64,000 nt of DNA from the NCBI GenBank assembly GCA_012295275.1, contig CM022671.1, positions 35,712,001-35,776,000 of the forward strand, read 5' to 3'. Made by a program: the position numbers and the translations under genes. Origin of the DNA: Chrysomallon squamiferum (Eukaryota; Animalia; Mollusca). Each line of letters starts with the position of its first letter. Positions within the stretch are counted from its first letter, which is position 1. The notes beneath the pieces are model-generated. The model had not been told where the DNA came from, did not search any database, and was given only the letters and a program-made list of their open reading frames with translations. Of the stretch, positions 39,503 to 54,886 are shown piece by piece.

Positions 39503-40445
39503 AGATATGTGTACAGATATATTTGTGTGTGTGATTGCATGTGTGTGTGTGTACAGATATATTTGCGCCTGTGATTGCATGTGTGTGTGTTGTACAGATA
39601 TATTTGTGTGTGTGATTTCATGTGTGTGTGTGAACAGATATATTTTGTGTGTGTGATTTCATTATGTGTGTGTGTGTACAGATTTATTTGCGTCTGTGAT
39701 TGCATGTGTGTGTGTGTACAGTGTGTGTGTGATTGCATGTGTGTTTGTGATATCATTATGTGTGTGTGTGATTGCATGTGTGTGTGTGTACAGATATATT
39801 TGTGTGTGTGATTTCATGTGTGTGTGTGTACAGATATATTTGTGTGTGTGTGATTTCATTATGTGTGTGTGTGTACAGATATATTTGCGTCTGTGATTGC
39901 ATGTGTGTGTTGTACAGATATATTTGTGTGTGTGATTGCATGTGTGTGTGTGTACAGATATATTTGTGTGTGTGATTGCATGTGTGTGTGTGTACAGATA
40001 TATTTGTGTGTGTGATTGCATGTGTGTGTGTGTACAGATATATTTGTGTGTGTGTACAGTGTGATTTATTATGTGTGTGTGTACAGATATATTTGCGTCT
40101 GTGATTGCATGTGTGTGTACAGATATATTTGTGTGTGTGATTGCATGTGTGTGTGTGTACAGATATATTTGTGTGTGTGATTGCATGTGTGTGTGTGTAC
40201 AGATATATTTGTGTGTGTGATTTCATGTGTTTGTGTGTACAGATATATTTGCGTCTGTGATTGCATGTGTGTGTGTGTGATTTCATGTGTTTGTGTGTAC
40301 AGATATATTTGTGTGTGTGATTTCATGTGTGTGTGTGTACAGATACATGTTTGTGTGTGTGATTTCATGTGTTTGTGTGTACAGATATATTTGTGTGTGT
40401 GATTTCATGTGTTTGTGTGTACAGATACATATTTGTGTGTGTACG
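39470..40445. repeat. Microsatellite-derived minisatellite, ~40 bp unit GTACAGATATATTT(GT)nGATTGCAT(GT)n
   Basis: About 20 or more tandem units, with fixed spacers and variable (GT)n lengths. Confidence 0.95.
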
Positions 40446-41203
40446 TATAAGGATTATCCTCTTCTAATTCCCGATGTTTCGTTTCCTCCTTCTTTTCACG
40501 TTCCAGCTTCTCTCGCAAATCACTGACCAGGTCCGTCACAGTAGCAGATTTTTCCGATGTTTTCTGTTTGAGACAACACACAGTTTGTGTGTATGCGTGC
40601 GTGCGTGCGTGCGTGCGTGCGTGTGTGTGGATACTGTAGTTAATTTCTTACAATTACAAATGAACCAATGTTTACAAGCCTTCATCTACAAATATTTCTT
40701 ATTCATTTATTTCTTTATTCTATTATCATCTTTTACTACTACTATTACTACTACTACTACTACTACTATTACTACTACTACTACTACTAGTAATAAAATT
40801 GAGATGTGGTAGTTGATTTCATTCATATTTTGAATCTATATACACATACATACAAGCACGTATAAAATATATACTCAAGAACATATACATTACTAACACA
40901 TACACACAGGTATATGTAAAAATTACACAGACACATTCATACATCGACGTAATTTCACACACATACACGCACACACAGAAACACTCACTCATACACATAT
41001 AATATGCATACACACACACACAAACATACATACATACACACACACATACCTACCAGTGGAAACATGATTAAATAGACACAAGGTTAAGAAAAACTGACAT
41101 ACGCACACACACACAACTACGTTAAAAATACGTTAAGTAACATCTCTATAATATATGTTTCTATATTTTGTTCTCTCTCTCTCTCTCTCTGTTTCTCTCT
41201 CTC

Positions 41204-41237
<34 letters not shown>

Positions 41238-41627
41238 TTATCTATCTCTCTCTATATATAATTGTATATATAAACACGTTGTTGTGATCAGCCCATGGTT
41301 TCCTCTCAGAACGCTCGTTATCATAATTGCTCAGTCCAAGAGTCCAGTGGAATGTTGATGACCTTTAACCCCAAACATGACCTGATGTCAATTACCGCTA
41401 GAATTAATTCACATTGTTAACACAAATATTGGTTTAGTTTTCTGTTTTGAGTATCGGTGTTGTGATAACAAACATCGTCATCATCATCATCATCATCATC
41501 ATCATCGTGATCTGTTTCGCCATACACACAAATATATTCATTTAGATACATACATACAAACAAACATATATATATACCTTTGTAGCCACACACATATACA
41601 CACGTTTGTATATGTTTGTGTTGTGTT

Positions 41628-41668
<41 letters not shown>

Positions 41669-43699
41669 CTATGTTTATTTATCTGTAAACCTGTGTTTCT
41701 CTATGTATGTGTGTTTGTGTTTGTATTTATAATCATGTTTATGTTTATATGTATAAATCTATCTCTACTTATCTGTGTGTGTGTGTGTGTGTGTGTGTGC
41801 GCGTTTGTGCGTGTGTTCATTTCAGGACGACCATCTTGCCCCCCCCCACCTCAGTACGCCACTATTAAGGACCCAAATTTCAGTTCAGTTTCATTTCAAC
41901 AAAATAATATTAGTAAAAAAAACACAACACAACCATCGTCATCATAGAAAATATCGTCAGCATAAATTTCATCTTCATGTACAACAACATAACCACCACC
42001 ACCACCACCACCATCATCATGGACCATCAATCATCATCATGGATCATCATCGTCAACATCAACACGATTGGCAGAAAAACAACGGATTGGCGAAATTCTA
42101 TTTGATTTCTGTGAGTCATTAAACTTAAGGTTTCTCTGACAAGTAAATGAACTTGAGCTGAAATGTCGTATTTGGTTTTCATTATGGAACTAACAGAGTA
42201 CAGGTGTACTTAGTAAACAGTCGCAGACAATCCGTCTTTTGTACTGCGTCCATGACACACTTACTGTGACCCACGTTACATAATAAACTATATCGCTTTC
42301 TTGAAAACCAAAGAGTAAGCTGTTTTTTTTTGTTTTTTTTTATAACAATGCTTGTTTGTTATTGTTTTTTTGTTTTGTTTTTTTCCTTGTGGCAAATATC
42401 GGTTTTCAGCATGGTTACAGAAACACACGTAGTAAAAATGTTGTGTAGCTTTCAGGGTCACATGTGTAGTATTGTGAAATAAACAACAGACACGTAATGA
42501 AAAACACGCTATGACGAACAGCTATGTGTATAAATAGTAGATGTAATAACAGTATGTTACTAATTTAATAGTAAAATAAAGATTACATATATTTTAAACT
42601 CAAAAAAAAAAAAAAAAAAAAAATATTTTTTTTTTTTTAAAACATGAAAGAAAGAAAGAAAAAGAAAAGAAAAAAGAATGAAAAAAAAAAAAAACTGGAA
42701 GAAAAGAAAGAAAGAAAAATAACAGAAGAAAGGAATAAAGAATTGATGGAAGTAGAATGTTACAGAAAGCATTTTTAAGAAGAGTTCATAAAATAAAGGA
42801 GGAAAGTATAAAAAGTAAACTGAAGAAAGAAAGAAAGAAAGAAAGAGTTGATGCAGTTAGAATATTACAGAATAATAACTTTTCAAAGACTTCCTGGTAA
42901 CATAAAAAAAATTAATAATAATAACAGCAGCAGCGAAAGAAATACAATAAAGGTAGAAAGACAGAAATACAAGATTTATATACAAGTTTTATAAAAACTC
43001 CGGCTACGACCATTTCAACAACGACTACAAAGATGACAGTTATCCATAGAAGTGGTATATAGTAATAGAAGATGTAGTAGTTGTTGCCTAAAAGGTTGTA
43101 AAAGCAGTTGTGCCACAAATTGCAGCAGTCGTAGTGGTCGTAGATGAAATGTAGTAGCAGTTGTAGTAATAGTAATAATTGTTGTAATAATGGTAGAAGT
43201 AATTGTGTTTGTTGTTATGATTAAAGATTCACGTTTAATGAAAGCTGCAGTAGTAGTAGAAGTAGTAGTAGTAGTAGTAGTGGGAGTGGTGGTGTTAATA
43301 AGTTCAGTTTTATAATTTGATTATGTAGATTTTGTAATAGTAGTAATACACAAATAGTTGTACCAGTATTTGTAAAACTGTAGTAGTACTAGTTGTATTA
43401 ATAATACTAGTAGTAGTAGTAGTAGTAGTAGTAGTAGCAGTGGTAATTGTAGTGTTACTTTTTGTACAGATTGTTGTAGCATACGTTGTAGTAATAGCAA
43501 CATTTGAAAAGTTTTAACTATAGTTTTAGCAACCTTTATAGTCGCAAAGTTGTAACAATATTAGTGGCAGCAGTTGTGGTTTTGTACAAATTATAGTTGT
43601 AGTAGTAGTTGTAGTTTTAACAGTATTTGTTGTGGAACAAATTGTATTAGTAGTAGTAGTTATAGCAGTAGTTGTAAAGTTGTAAAAACAGACGATTTT

Positions 43700-44172
43700 C
43701 TTTTTTTAATAAAATATTGTAGTAGTAGTAGTTGTAGTAACAATAACAGCTGTAAACTTTAACAGTGTAGTGGTAGTAGTCGTTGTGTTTTTGTACACAT
43801 TGTTGTTGTAGTAGTTGTAGTAATAACGACAGTTGTAAACTTGTAGTTTAGAAGCAATGGTAGTAGCAGTTGTGTTTTTGTACAGATTGTTGTTGTAGTA
43901 GTTGTAGTAATAACGACAGTTGTAAACTTGTAGTTTAGAAGTAGTGGTAGTAGCAGTTGTGTTTTTGTACACATTGTTGTTGTAGTAGTTGTAGTAATAA
44001 CGACAGTTGTAAACTTGTAGTTTAGAAGCAGTGGTAGTAGTCGTTGTGTTTTTGTACACATTGTTGTTGTAGTAGTTGTAGTAATAACGACAGTTGTAAA
44101 CTTGTAGTTTAGAAGCAGTGGTAGTAGAGTTGTGTTTTTGTACACATTGTTGTTGTAGTAGTTGTAGTAATA
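43700..44172. repeat. 87-bp tandem repeat, ~4.5 copies
   Basis: GTTGTGTTTTTGTACA recurs at 43782, 43869, 43956, 44043 and 44129; produces the 29-aa repeat in the minus-strand ORFs. Confidence 0.95.
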
Positions 44173-44541
44173 CTTGTAGAGTCGTAACAGTTGTTAGTTT
44201 TTGTAGCACTAATGACGAATGTAATAATTCGGGGAAGACATAATTTACTGGAAGAAAACGGAGGAAAACGTCAAACAAAATAATTTATGTTTCAGTTTCT
44301 TTCTTTAGATGACATCCAGTCCACTTCCTGTGTCTGGAGCCACGGTTTGTAACTGGACCCCCGTGAAAACAGCGCGCGTTAGTAAAAAAAAACAACTGAG
44401 GCGTGAACTTTGCGAGATAAATGTTTTCAAGGAATTCTGTAATTGAGTGATGCGCGGGAAAACCAGCTACAGGCTGGGAGCCAGAACGGGAAAAACAGGT
44501 GTTTATAAGTGTTGTTATAACTAAAATTCGGTCGATTACAG

Positions 44542-44576
<35 letters not shown>

Positions 44577-44740
44577 AAAAATGAAAAGTGAAAAAGAAAG
44601 AAGATAAATAAATAAGTTGATTCTTGGTGAATTGTTTTAGTTTTTCATGTAAGAAGCGGAAAGACATGTTTTAGTGGGTGCCCGTCATTTCAGTGAATTA
44701 ACTTACAAGTTAAAATAATAATAATAGGAAAAAAAAAATT

Positions 44741-44783
<43 letters not shown>

Positions 44784-45069
44784 ATAAAATAAAACAATCA
44801 TAAAAAACAAATAATAATAATAAGAAACCCCCCAAAACCCAACAAAAAATAGACTAGTGTACAAAACCTACCCCCCACCCCACCCCAGTTCTGCGCATGA
44901 CTGCAGTTTTGTATGTAACACTGTACGATCACGTTTGTTTGAGTTTGAGGACAGAGGGGTTTAATGGATGTATCGGATGAATTTTAGCGTGACAGGATTA
45001 GAGAGGCGTGACATCACATGACCCACACCTGCGATTAATGAGCCTTGATGTGATCTGTACCGCGTCTTC

Positions 45070-45223
45070 TTACGTTCACTCGTAAATCAAACATTCTTTT
45101 TATTTTAGATAAATACCTACTCTGCGTGTGCGTGTATGTGTGTGTGTGTGTGTATGTCTATGTGTGTGTGTGTGTTACGTTCACTCGTAAATCAAACATT
45201 CTTTTTATTTCAGATAAATACCA

Positions 45224-45256
<33 letters not shown>

Positions 45257-45520
45257 ATTTGTGTGTGTATGTCTATGTGTATGTGTGTTACGTTCATGTA
45301 AATCAAACATTTTTTTATTTCAGATAAATAAACTCGTAAACTCGTAAATCAAACATTATATTTATTTTAGATAAATGCCTATTGTGTGTGTGTGTTCGTG
45401 TGTGCGTGTGTATGTCTATGTATGTGTATTATGTACACTCGTAAATCAAACATTCTCTTTATTTTAGATAAACACCTTCAGTGTGTGTGTGTGTGTCTGT
45501 GTGTGTGTGTATGTCTTTGT
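45070..45520. repeat. Tandem composite repeat: CGTAAATCAAACATTCTTTTTATTTTAGATAAAT unit alternating with (GT)n, ~5 copies
   Basis: The unit recurs near 45081, 45186, 45298, 45343 and 45440. Confidence 0.9.
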
Positions 45521-45634
45521 GTGTGTACGTGTTTATTTTTTGTGTATATATATATATATATATGCGGATGTGTTTGTGTGTGTGTTTTTAGGTACATTCG
45601 TATGTGTAACTTTGTTTTATGTTAAAATCAATAC

Positions 45635-45672
<38 letters not shown>

Positions 45673-45744
45673 CTACATTTGTTTTAATGTTTTAAATTAA
45701 TAGCTAGCATTAGTGTGTGAGTGTGTTTTAGAAACAGCAATAGT

Positions 45745-45861
<117 letters not shown>

Positions 45862-45945
45862 GATATATACAGAGGCTATATACTAACATACTAGATTATT
45901 TTCATCAGAGCAATTACCGTCATCACCGTCATAATAATTCACTAA

Positions 45946-45989
<44 letters not shown>

Positions 45990-46850
45990 TAAATAGTTTG
46001 ATGATGATGTAATACTGCAACCACGTGGTACACGTGGTGAACAGCAGAAAAGTTCACTAGGACATATTTTATTATCATCACTCATCTCTTTGCCAATCCC
46101 GCTTATCGTGGAATCAGATAACCGTCGTGTCGTTCGGTGCAACGACTTCCAATTATAAAACAGCAGCAGCAACACTGACTGCAACATCAATAACTACAAC
46201 AGCAGTATTAATAATAGAAAGCTGAAACTAAATATCTTGAAACGACTTCATCGGACGATAATAACACGATTTGCATGAACAGCTACAACTTTACATTACA
46301 GTTTTTGTTTTATAATAATTAAACAGTGGTGACGACAGCAACAGCAACGTTGTCTAAAATAGCATTAGCGACGACAAAGAATGAAGACAAAATAAAATAA
46401 AACCGAGTTATTTTGAAATCTAATTTACATAACACATAAACGACTGCAGAAGACGATAATAACATTTTTAATGAGTTGTGTCCTGTTGTCTGCGTTTCCG
46501 CGTGTTAGTGAATTCTTTCATCTTTAACACAGACGTAACCTAACAGTAGCCATTAAGCGTTACCATGGTCACGCGACTTTGATTTGTTTTTGTCAATCCA
46601 CGTTCGCAGTGCAAAGGCAATTATTTACGTTTTTTACAAACACACATAAAACAAAACTGTCTGAGTATGTGAGACACACACAGCGTCAGAGCGTTCTGGG
46701 TGTGGTTCAGGGGTTGGAACTCTTATATGAGGATTTTAGCTCGTTGGGTTGTTTCCCGTTCCAGCCAGTGTCTCGCAATTACTTTGTCAAGGATGATGCT
46801 GTTGTAGAAAAATTACTTTGTCTTAGTCCGTGAAAAACTGCTTGCGGGTT

Positions 46851-46881
<31 letters not shown>

Positions 46882-47339
46882 ATCGTATATAAAATTAGAA
46901 TAATGTTTTTATTTTCATTTAACATCTAATAATGTTGAATAAATAGTCATAAGTTCATTTGTTCATTTATTCATTCATTTACTCAATCACTTATTCATTC
47001 ATTCATTCATTCATTCACTCGCTCACTCATTCATTCATTTTGTAAAAAAAAAAAAAAACCTGTTTTGTAAACAACATTCCTAACAAATTTCAAACATGCG
47101 CCCACTCACATACACACGCACACACACATCTTCCTTCCCTTGAACTTATCCTCCCACCCTCCCCCTCTTGACCCTCCCGATAACCTATGCCGCTGCCAGG
47201 ATACGATCCAAAGACCGCAGGCGACCCGTGACGTCACCACGTGAACTAAACACGAATAAACACTCTGTAGTCAAAAAACAAGTTGCACGACAAAAAAATC
47301 TAAAACATCTCAGCTTTGATGGTTATCATGTAGCCCAGT

Positions 47340-48005
47340 TTATTAATAATAGTTTTGTTTTACATTTTACGTGGTTACTGTCGTCATTGTAGTATTATTG
47401 TAGTAGTAGAGGTTGCACGAATGTGACACTTTGTGTTTTTGAATAACGTTGTTGTTGTCGTAGTTGTAATAATAGTTTTATTTACATTTTGAGTAGTTGT
47501 TGTAGTAGGAGAGGTTGTATGAATGTGATACTTTATGTTTTGAATAACATTGTTGTTGTCGTGGTTGTAGTATTATTGTTGTGGTGGTAGAAGAAATAGC
47601 AGCAGTTGTAGTAATAATAGTTTTATTTACCTTTTGATTAGTTGTTGTTGTAGTTGTAGTATTATTGTAGTAGTAGTTGTAATAATAGCGTTACTTTACA
47701 TTTTGAATAACATAGTTGTTGTTGTTGTAGTATTACTGTAGTAATATAGTCGTCGTAGTAGTAGACAAAATAGTAGTGGTTGTAGTGATTATTGTCTGAA
47801 TAGGGTGTTTGTTGTCGTAGTAGTAGTATAAGAAGTAGTGGCAGTAGTAGTAGCGTGGTAATTGTTGTTATGATAGTAGTAGTAGTGGTAGTAGTATTAG
47901 CAGTAGAAATAGTGGCAATAATTATAAAAGTAGCACTAATTAATGTTATGACGATACTAGTAATAGTAACAGTAGTAATTATCTTAGTAGTAGTGGCAGC
48001 TGTTG
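47340..48005. repeat. Low-complexity GTA/GTT-rich tract with internal duplications
   Basis: AATAATAGTTTTATTTACATTTT- and GAGGTTGYAYGAATGTGAYACTTT-like segments recur. Confidence 0.75.
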
Positions 48006-48762
48006 TACTAAGTTACATCGTTGTTGCTACGTGAGGTTACACAATGTAGCAGCTGTTGTTTTATAGAAATATTTGAATGATAGAAGTACAAACAGCAACA
48101 CAAACAAATAAACTGATTTTGACTTTATAGTGTTAAGTACACATTATTCTAATATAATATAATATATGATATAATATACATAATATGCTATTAATATTGT
48201 TGTTATTGTTGCCATAATTATTAGTTATTATTATTCTTGTTGTTAATACTAAAGATATCACAAACATCTAAATAAATACTGAAGTAATACAAATATAATC
48301 TAATTTGTATTTACAAAGCAAAAAAGCAATTAAAAAAAAAAAAAAAAAAAAAAAAATTAAATAATGAAATTGAACAAATAAACAAATGCTAAATACATGA
48401 ATAAATAACTGAAAATAAAATTTGTGTATTTATTTTATTATTATTATTTTTATTATTTATTATTACTCTTATTTCTTATGTTAAATTTGTTCTTTTTCTT
48501 TATTTTTTCATTGTTGTACTCTTCACGTACTAGTTGACTTATTGTTGTCGTTTTTTCTCTTTTTCACACTAAAGAACCTTTTCAATGTTTTTTGGCGCGA
48601 GAACATGTAGACATTTTACTCTTATATATTTACTTAGCGGTTGCCATAAAAGATAAAAAAAAAAAAAAAAAAAAAAAAAAGAAAAGAAGAAACTGAAGAC
48701 CAGGATGTGAATGAATAATTCACATTTAAGTTTTAAATTTCGTCTGGAACAAAGAACGACAG

Positions 48763-48798
<36 letters not shown>

Positions 48799-48984
48799 AA
48801 AAAAAAGAACAAACAAACACTTGCGTGAAAATCAATGCACCGTTATGACAACATAAAGATAAACCGACCTAGCGACTGCAAGCGTGCACTGCTGTACGTA
48901 CCTCTCAGCATTTCTCAACACATCGACAATACGAGTATACTGTGTGGTAGTAACGTATTATCTGATTGTGAAAAATACAGACAG

Positions 48985-49063
<79 letters not shown>

Positions 49064-49741
49064 TGACGGAGTTAGTGAAAAACAAAGAGAGAAAGAGTGG
49101 AGAGAAAAAAAAGGATAAACTTGTTTACAAAACACAAAGATGCTGAATCATCCCCATTCCCCCAAACCCATACACACATCCCCCCTCTAGAGTCAACCTA
49201 GTACGTAACAGTATTGAAACCACGCTGATCACGTGACGTATGAAAAACAGCTACACGTTAATAAGGTCACGTACGCCATCGCAGTTTATTTTATCTTTTT
49301 AAAAACATTTTTTTTTTTTTTTCTTTTTTTTCCTGATTAAAGTAACAGGACTTAAGAGAAGAGGTTTTTATGGCCATCTGTTGTATGTGCATGATGAGAG
49401 CGTGAGAGGCGGACCCGCGTTTTTTTTCACTTCTGCTCTCGCCTCTAATCTTCACCGTTTGCACGTGCAGCTATCTCTGATGAGATAAACAGTTAGAATT
49501 TCCCAGCATGCAGTTTAAAAGAGATGAGCGATGCCGAATTCAGATAATTTCAGCGAACTCAGCACAAGCCGTGTGTGTGTTTGCCAGAAAACCGAAATAA
49601 GACTAGAATAATGATTATTTTTAATAAATAAAAAGAAAAATGAAGAAGAAGAAGAATAATGCGATATGTTTTTTTCATGATCGCTTTTTGATGACTAAAT
49701 CATTAGACACGTTATGTCTTTTTTGTGAGTACAAATACACA

Positions 49742-49816
<75 letters not shown>

Positions 49817-50753
49817 CGTGTGTTTGTGTATATTGTTTGGATTAATTATAATTAACATGAAGGCAGTCATAGTGACACAGTTTTATTTTGTTTAAAACCA
49901 GTGATTTTGTGTTCCGTGGCTTAAATTTAATAAATAAACAAACAAATAAAAAAAGATGTAAAAAAAAAAAAAAAAAAACCAAAACAAAACAACCCAAAAC
50001 CCCCACAAAAAAACTCCCCATACAACAACAAAACACAAACAAACAACAATAAAACGTCATAAAAATTAACCAATTTTAATCAAATTGTATCAAACTAATC
50101 AGTAAACATGGCATATTTTAAATAAAAACTTTTGTTTGGCCTGTGTCAGGATGTGATGTGTGTATCTGTGTGTGTGGATGTGTTTAGGTGTGTCTGTTCA
50201 GTTGTTTGCCTCTGTTTATATACACGCACGCGCGTTGACGTGTATATTCTTGCTGTAAACAGATAACCAGCTTGGCAGTTCTGCATGTATTTGTTTATTT
50301 TTAAGTTTAGATGTCTGTCTGTCTGTCTGTCTGTCTGGGTGTGAACCTAATTACCTCTCTGTTTAGTTATTTTTCTTTTAGACATCAACCAATTTTAACA
50401 TAATTAAAACTAAATAAACATGCAGATAAACAAAAACTGATGTTCATGCAATATCTGTTTTGTAGCATTCAGTAAAATAATAAATATACAAAATCATTGA
50501 TTTATTCATTTCACCTCAAGTTTGTTTCTGTTCGCAAACTTCGCTCACACCCAAACATCCGATTTTATGTGAGTTTTAGTCAGACGACTTTTATCTAAAT
50601 AATGACCGTAAAATTAGCTTAGTTGTTTGGGAAACGGTTCACATTTGATAACAGCAGACGACTTCCGGTCGCCATTTAGATTCGTCTTGTACTGTTTATC
50701 AGTTTGGATTTTAAATATATTTTGTACTACTGGTAGATTTTTCACTTAATCCC

Positions 50754-50827
<74 letters not shown>

Positions 50828-51904
50828 ATTAAAATATACAAGTGTATGTGTGTACTGTTGCTTAATCCTTTTAAACACTTAAAAGATTGTGTTATGTAAC
50901 GTATGTTTTAGTGGTTAGCTGGTTTTACCACTGACAGAGTTCGCTGAGAAAGAAAGGTATGTTATTAAGATGTAAACATCTTTCTGTCATCTTTTCCTTT
51001 GTGGTTTTCTAATCATCATTATGTTCTCGTAAAGGTCAAGGCCTCTAACTATAGGTTTGACAGACGTAAGGGAAAAAGGAAACGAAAATAAACATGTAAC
51101 AAAAAGAAACAGCAAATGCTGACGAGAGAGAAAAAAAAGAAAACAGAAAGTGAAAATGAAGATCAAAACAGTTACTGTCTCGATTGTTAAAAATGGAAAA
51201 CAATCATGAAAACAACAAAAATACACGCACACACACAAAATTAAATACATCCCAAAAAAAAAAAAAAAAAAAAAAACACGCAATAACTACAAAACAAAAC
51301 AAAACAAAAGGAAACAAACAACAAAAAACAAACCAAAACAATAACAATGAAATTAACAGTGTGGAATATGTAACGACTTCCTTAATAGTATCATTAATAA
51401 TTAGATCATCATCATCATCATCGTCATCATCATCATCATCATCGTCATCATCATCATCATCATCATCAACAGTAATAAACAGCAGCAGCGACAAGAAGAA
51501 GTGATAATAAAATTAAAAAAATTAAAAAATAAATAATAAAACAATTAACATTATTTTTTGTATAATTATATACATTTAGTGTCTAATACATTAAGTTTAA
51601 TGCAAATCCTGTATTCATACACCTTATGTGTCTGTCTGACCATTTGTCTCTGTCCACCTTTATTGTCTCTGTTTACTGATGTCTTTCACACATAAATTAT
51701 TACTTTAAATTAAAATATAACTAATCACGAAGGTGGGAATACTCTCTGAAAGTTAATAAGTTTATCTTTTCGGAGATAATCTTCAAACGCTTACTTTTGA
51801 AAAATTATTTTAAAATAGAGCGTAGATTGTTTTAGTAAATATACCTCGTTTATTTGATATACACACTCACGCACACATTCGTACACATATAGATTTGTAT
51901 AGAC

Positions 51905-52521
51905 ATACATACACAACATACATACATACATACATACATACATACATACATACATACATACATACATACATACATACATACATACATACATACATACATA
52001 CACACATACATACACACATACATACATACATACACACATACATACATACATACATACATACATACATACATACATACATACATACATACATACACACATA
52101 CATACATACACACACACATACATACATACATACATACATACATACATACACATACATACATACATACATACATACATACACATACATACATACATACATA
52201 CACACACATACACACATACACACATACATACATACATACATACACACACACATACACACATACATACATACACACATACATACATACATACATACATACG
52301 AACAAACATACATACATACACACATACATACATACATACATACATACATACATACATACATACATACATACATACATACACACATACATACATACATACA
52401 TACATACACACATACACACATACATACATACATACATACATACATACATACATACGAACAAACATACATACATACACACATACATACATACATACATACA
52501 TACATACACACACACATACAT

Positions 52522-52554
<33 letters not shown>

Positions 52555-52590
52555 TACATACATACATACATACATACATACATACATACA
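51905..52590. repeat. (TACA)n tetranucleotide microsatellite field
   Basis: Direct reading; source of the 238-279 aa spurious ORFs. Confidence 0.97.
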
Positions 52591-53738
52591 CGTATAGCGA
52601 GGAATACGTGAGGTTTCTCATCAACATCATGTTACAGTTTCACGATCTAAATGACAGAGTAATTTTCCAAACGTCAGTGGGTTTGTTAAATGTGACCACC
52701 CCATGTGGCTGGAAACGGATTAACGATAACAAACTATGTCCATACACACACGTACACATAACACATCCCCTGTATTCGACAGGGTAATAAAATATGTAAG
52801 TTAATAAATTCATACTTAATCTGCTTTAATATAATTTGTCTGATAATTTGATCGTGTCACCCAACTTACGATGCACGACTGATTATAGATGACAGAGGCT
52901 GAAAAAAAAAAAATCACGAGGGACCCAGAAAACACGATATACGTGTGCTAACTGTGTAGCGAGTATGTGATACTATCGAAATAGCGATACCTGGCAACGT
53001 GACGTCATACGATAGTGTTACGGTAGTGCACCTGTACGTGAAATTCAGTATCGTTAGATAATTGTAATAGGAAAAACGTAACTTTCCATGTTAGTGCGAT
53101 AAAGTGAAAATTCTATTACGTTGGGTTTTGATCGACAATTAAAAAAAAAAGTAAAATAAAACGGGAGATAATAGAATAAATAAATAGATAAATAAATAAA
53201 TAAATAAATCCAAAAATTTATGAAAATTAAAATGAAAGAATACTTTTAAAAATACAATAGAGTAGAATAGAATAGAATAAAATAAATAAGTAAATTAATA
53301 AATTAAAAACAAATAAAATATAATCACGAATTTCAAACTGAAATTAAAATTATGTTACATCATAATGAATAATTATCTGTGTGTATGTGTATGTATGTGT
53401 ATGCGCGCGCTTTTGTTTACTGTCGCTTCAAAATCAATAATTTTTAACCAAAATAAAATAAAACTATAAAATAACTTTTAATAAAATTTTATTTATTTAT
53501 TAATTTATTATTAGATTTCATGCGTGTGTACGTGCGTGTGTAATTTAAATATCTTTTATGATAAAGATAATTAATAAAACTGTTTAAATGTACACTTTAG
53601 AAAACATATTCTGGAAATGAAAAACAATATGTACAAATTAAATTAAATTTTCTAATTTTAAACGTTATTATTATTCATAAAGGTTCAAGCAATTTACAAA
53701 ACATGAAACTTTAACAAATACTACTACTAATAATGATG

Positions 53739-53789
<51 letters not shown>

Positions 53790-54847
53790 TAAATGATGAT
53801 GATAATAATAATAATAATAATAATAAAAGAAATTATGATGAAAAAAGATAAAATCTATTCTTTTCCAGGCTGTGTGTTCGGATACAGATGTGCTGTCATT
53901 ATTTCACATTAATTACTAAAGGATGAGAAATGTCGTCTGCAAAGTGTTACGTGATCCGAGGTCGGTCTGTTGAACATTGCACGTGCTCCGTATGTGACGC
54001 GTTGACTCTGATCATTTAGTCATATCTCAAGCACGTCAAAGTAAATCGATTTAAAATTTCTCTGTAATTACCTGCCGTTTATAACGTACACAGACGTTGC
54101 ATATCTTCACGTATTTTACAACGGATTGTCACACTAAAACAAATAATAAAATACAAAAATTAATCGTTTAAAAATACATATAGTATGAGTATACATACAT
54201 ATACACATATATACATGTACGTAATGTATGTATGTGTGTATATTTATGGATGTTTGTATGTGCATATATATGTATGAATGCATTTTTGAATTTTTTTTAT
54301 GTATGTATATTTATAATTATGTATGTATATCCGTGTGTTTACATATATGTATCTATATGTGTGTGTGTGTGTAAAATAAAAATGTCGACAAATCAAATAA
54401 CTGGGATACTTTACGAAAACTATCTTAAGCACGGCATACATCAGTTATAAAATGGAAACAGATTTAATACATACTTGACATTTATGATTTAGGTTACCTC
54501 GACACCGCATAACAATTAAAATCACGTTTGGCATTAAAATGTTTGGTGCAAGGGTTCTTAACTTTTCTCGTACATATTTATATTTGTATTCAAGAAGCTT
54601 TCACTAAATCGCTTACTCGTGGATTTTTTCATTTAATTTGTTATTCTTTTTTTTTTGCAGGAAATTAAAATAGCGCTGTGTAGAATTTTCCAATTTCCAA
54701 CATCCGCTATTAACGCACATCTGGACGTGTTTACTATTCAAAGCCAGTTAGCCCATTATACGTCTGTGACAGACGAAATTACCTTAATTTACAGGATCTA
54801 AATGAATTCGACCAGAATACAGAAATTATTATTTATTAAAATATTCT

Positions 54848-54886
<39 letters not shown>

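Noticed and set aside
37058-40526. Long Cys/Val- or His/Thr-rich ORFs resembling metallothionein or His-rich proteins
   Set aside because: Translations of (TG)n/(TATG)n repeats that are open in several frames and on both strands.
43706-44278. 190-aa ORF with 29-aa repeats (mucin/shell-protein-like)
   Set aside because: Product of an 87-bp low-complexity minisatellite, open in two frames, with a 1-nt indel in one unit.
51791-52630. 238-279 aa ORFs, the longest in the track
   Set aside because: Pure (TACA)n microsatellite translations.
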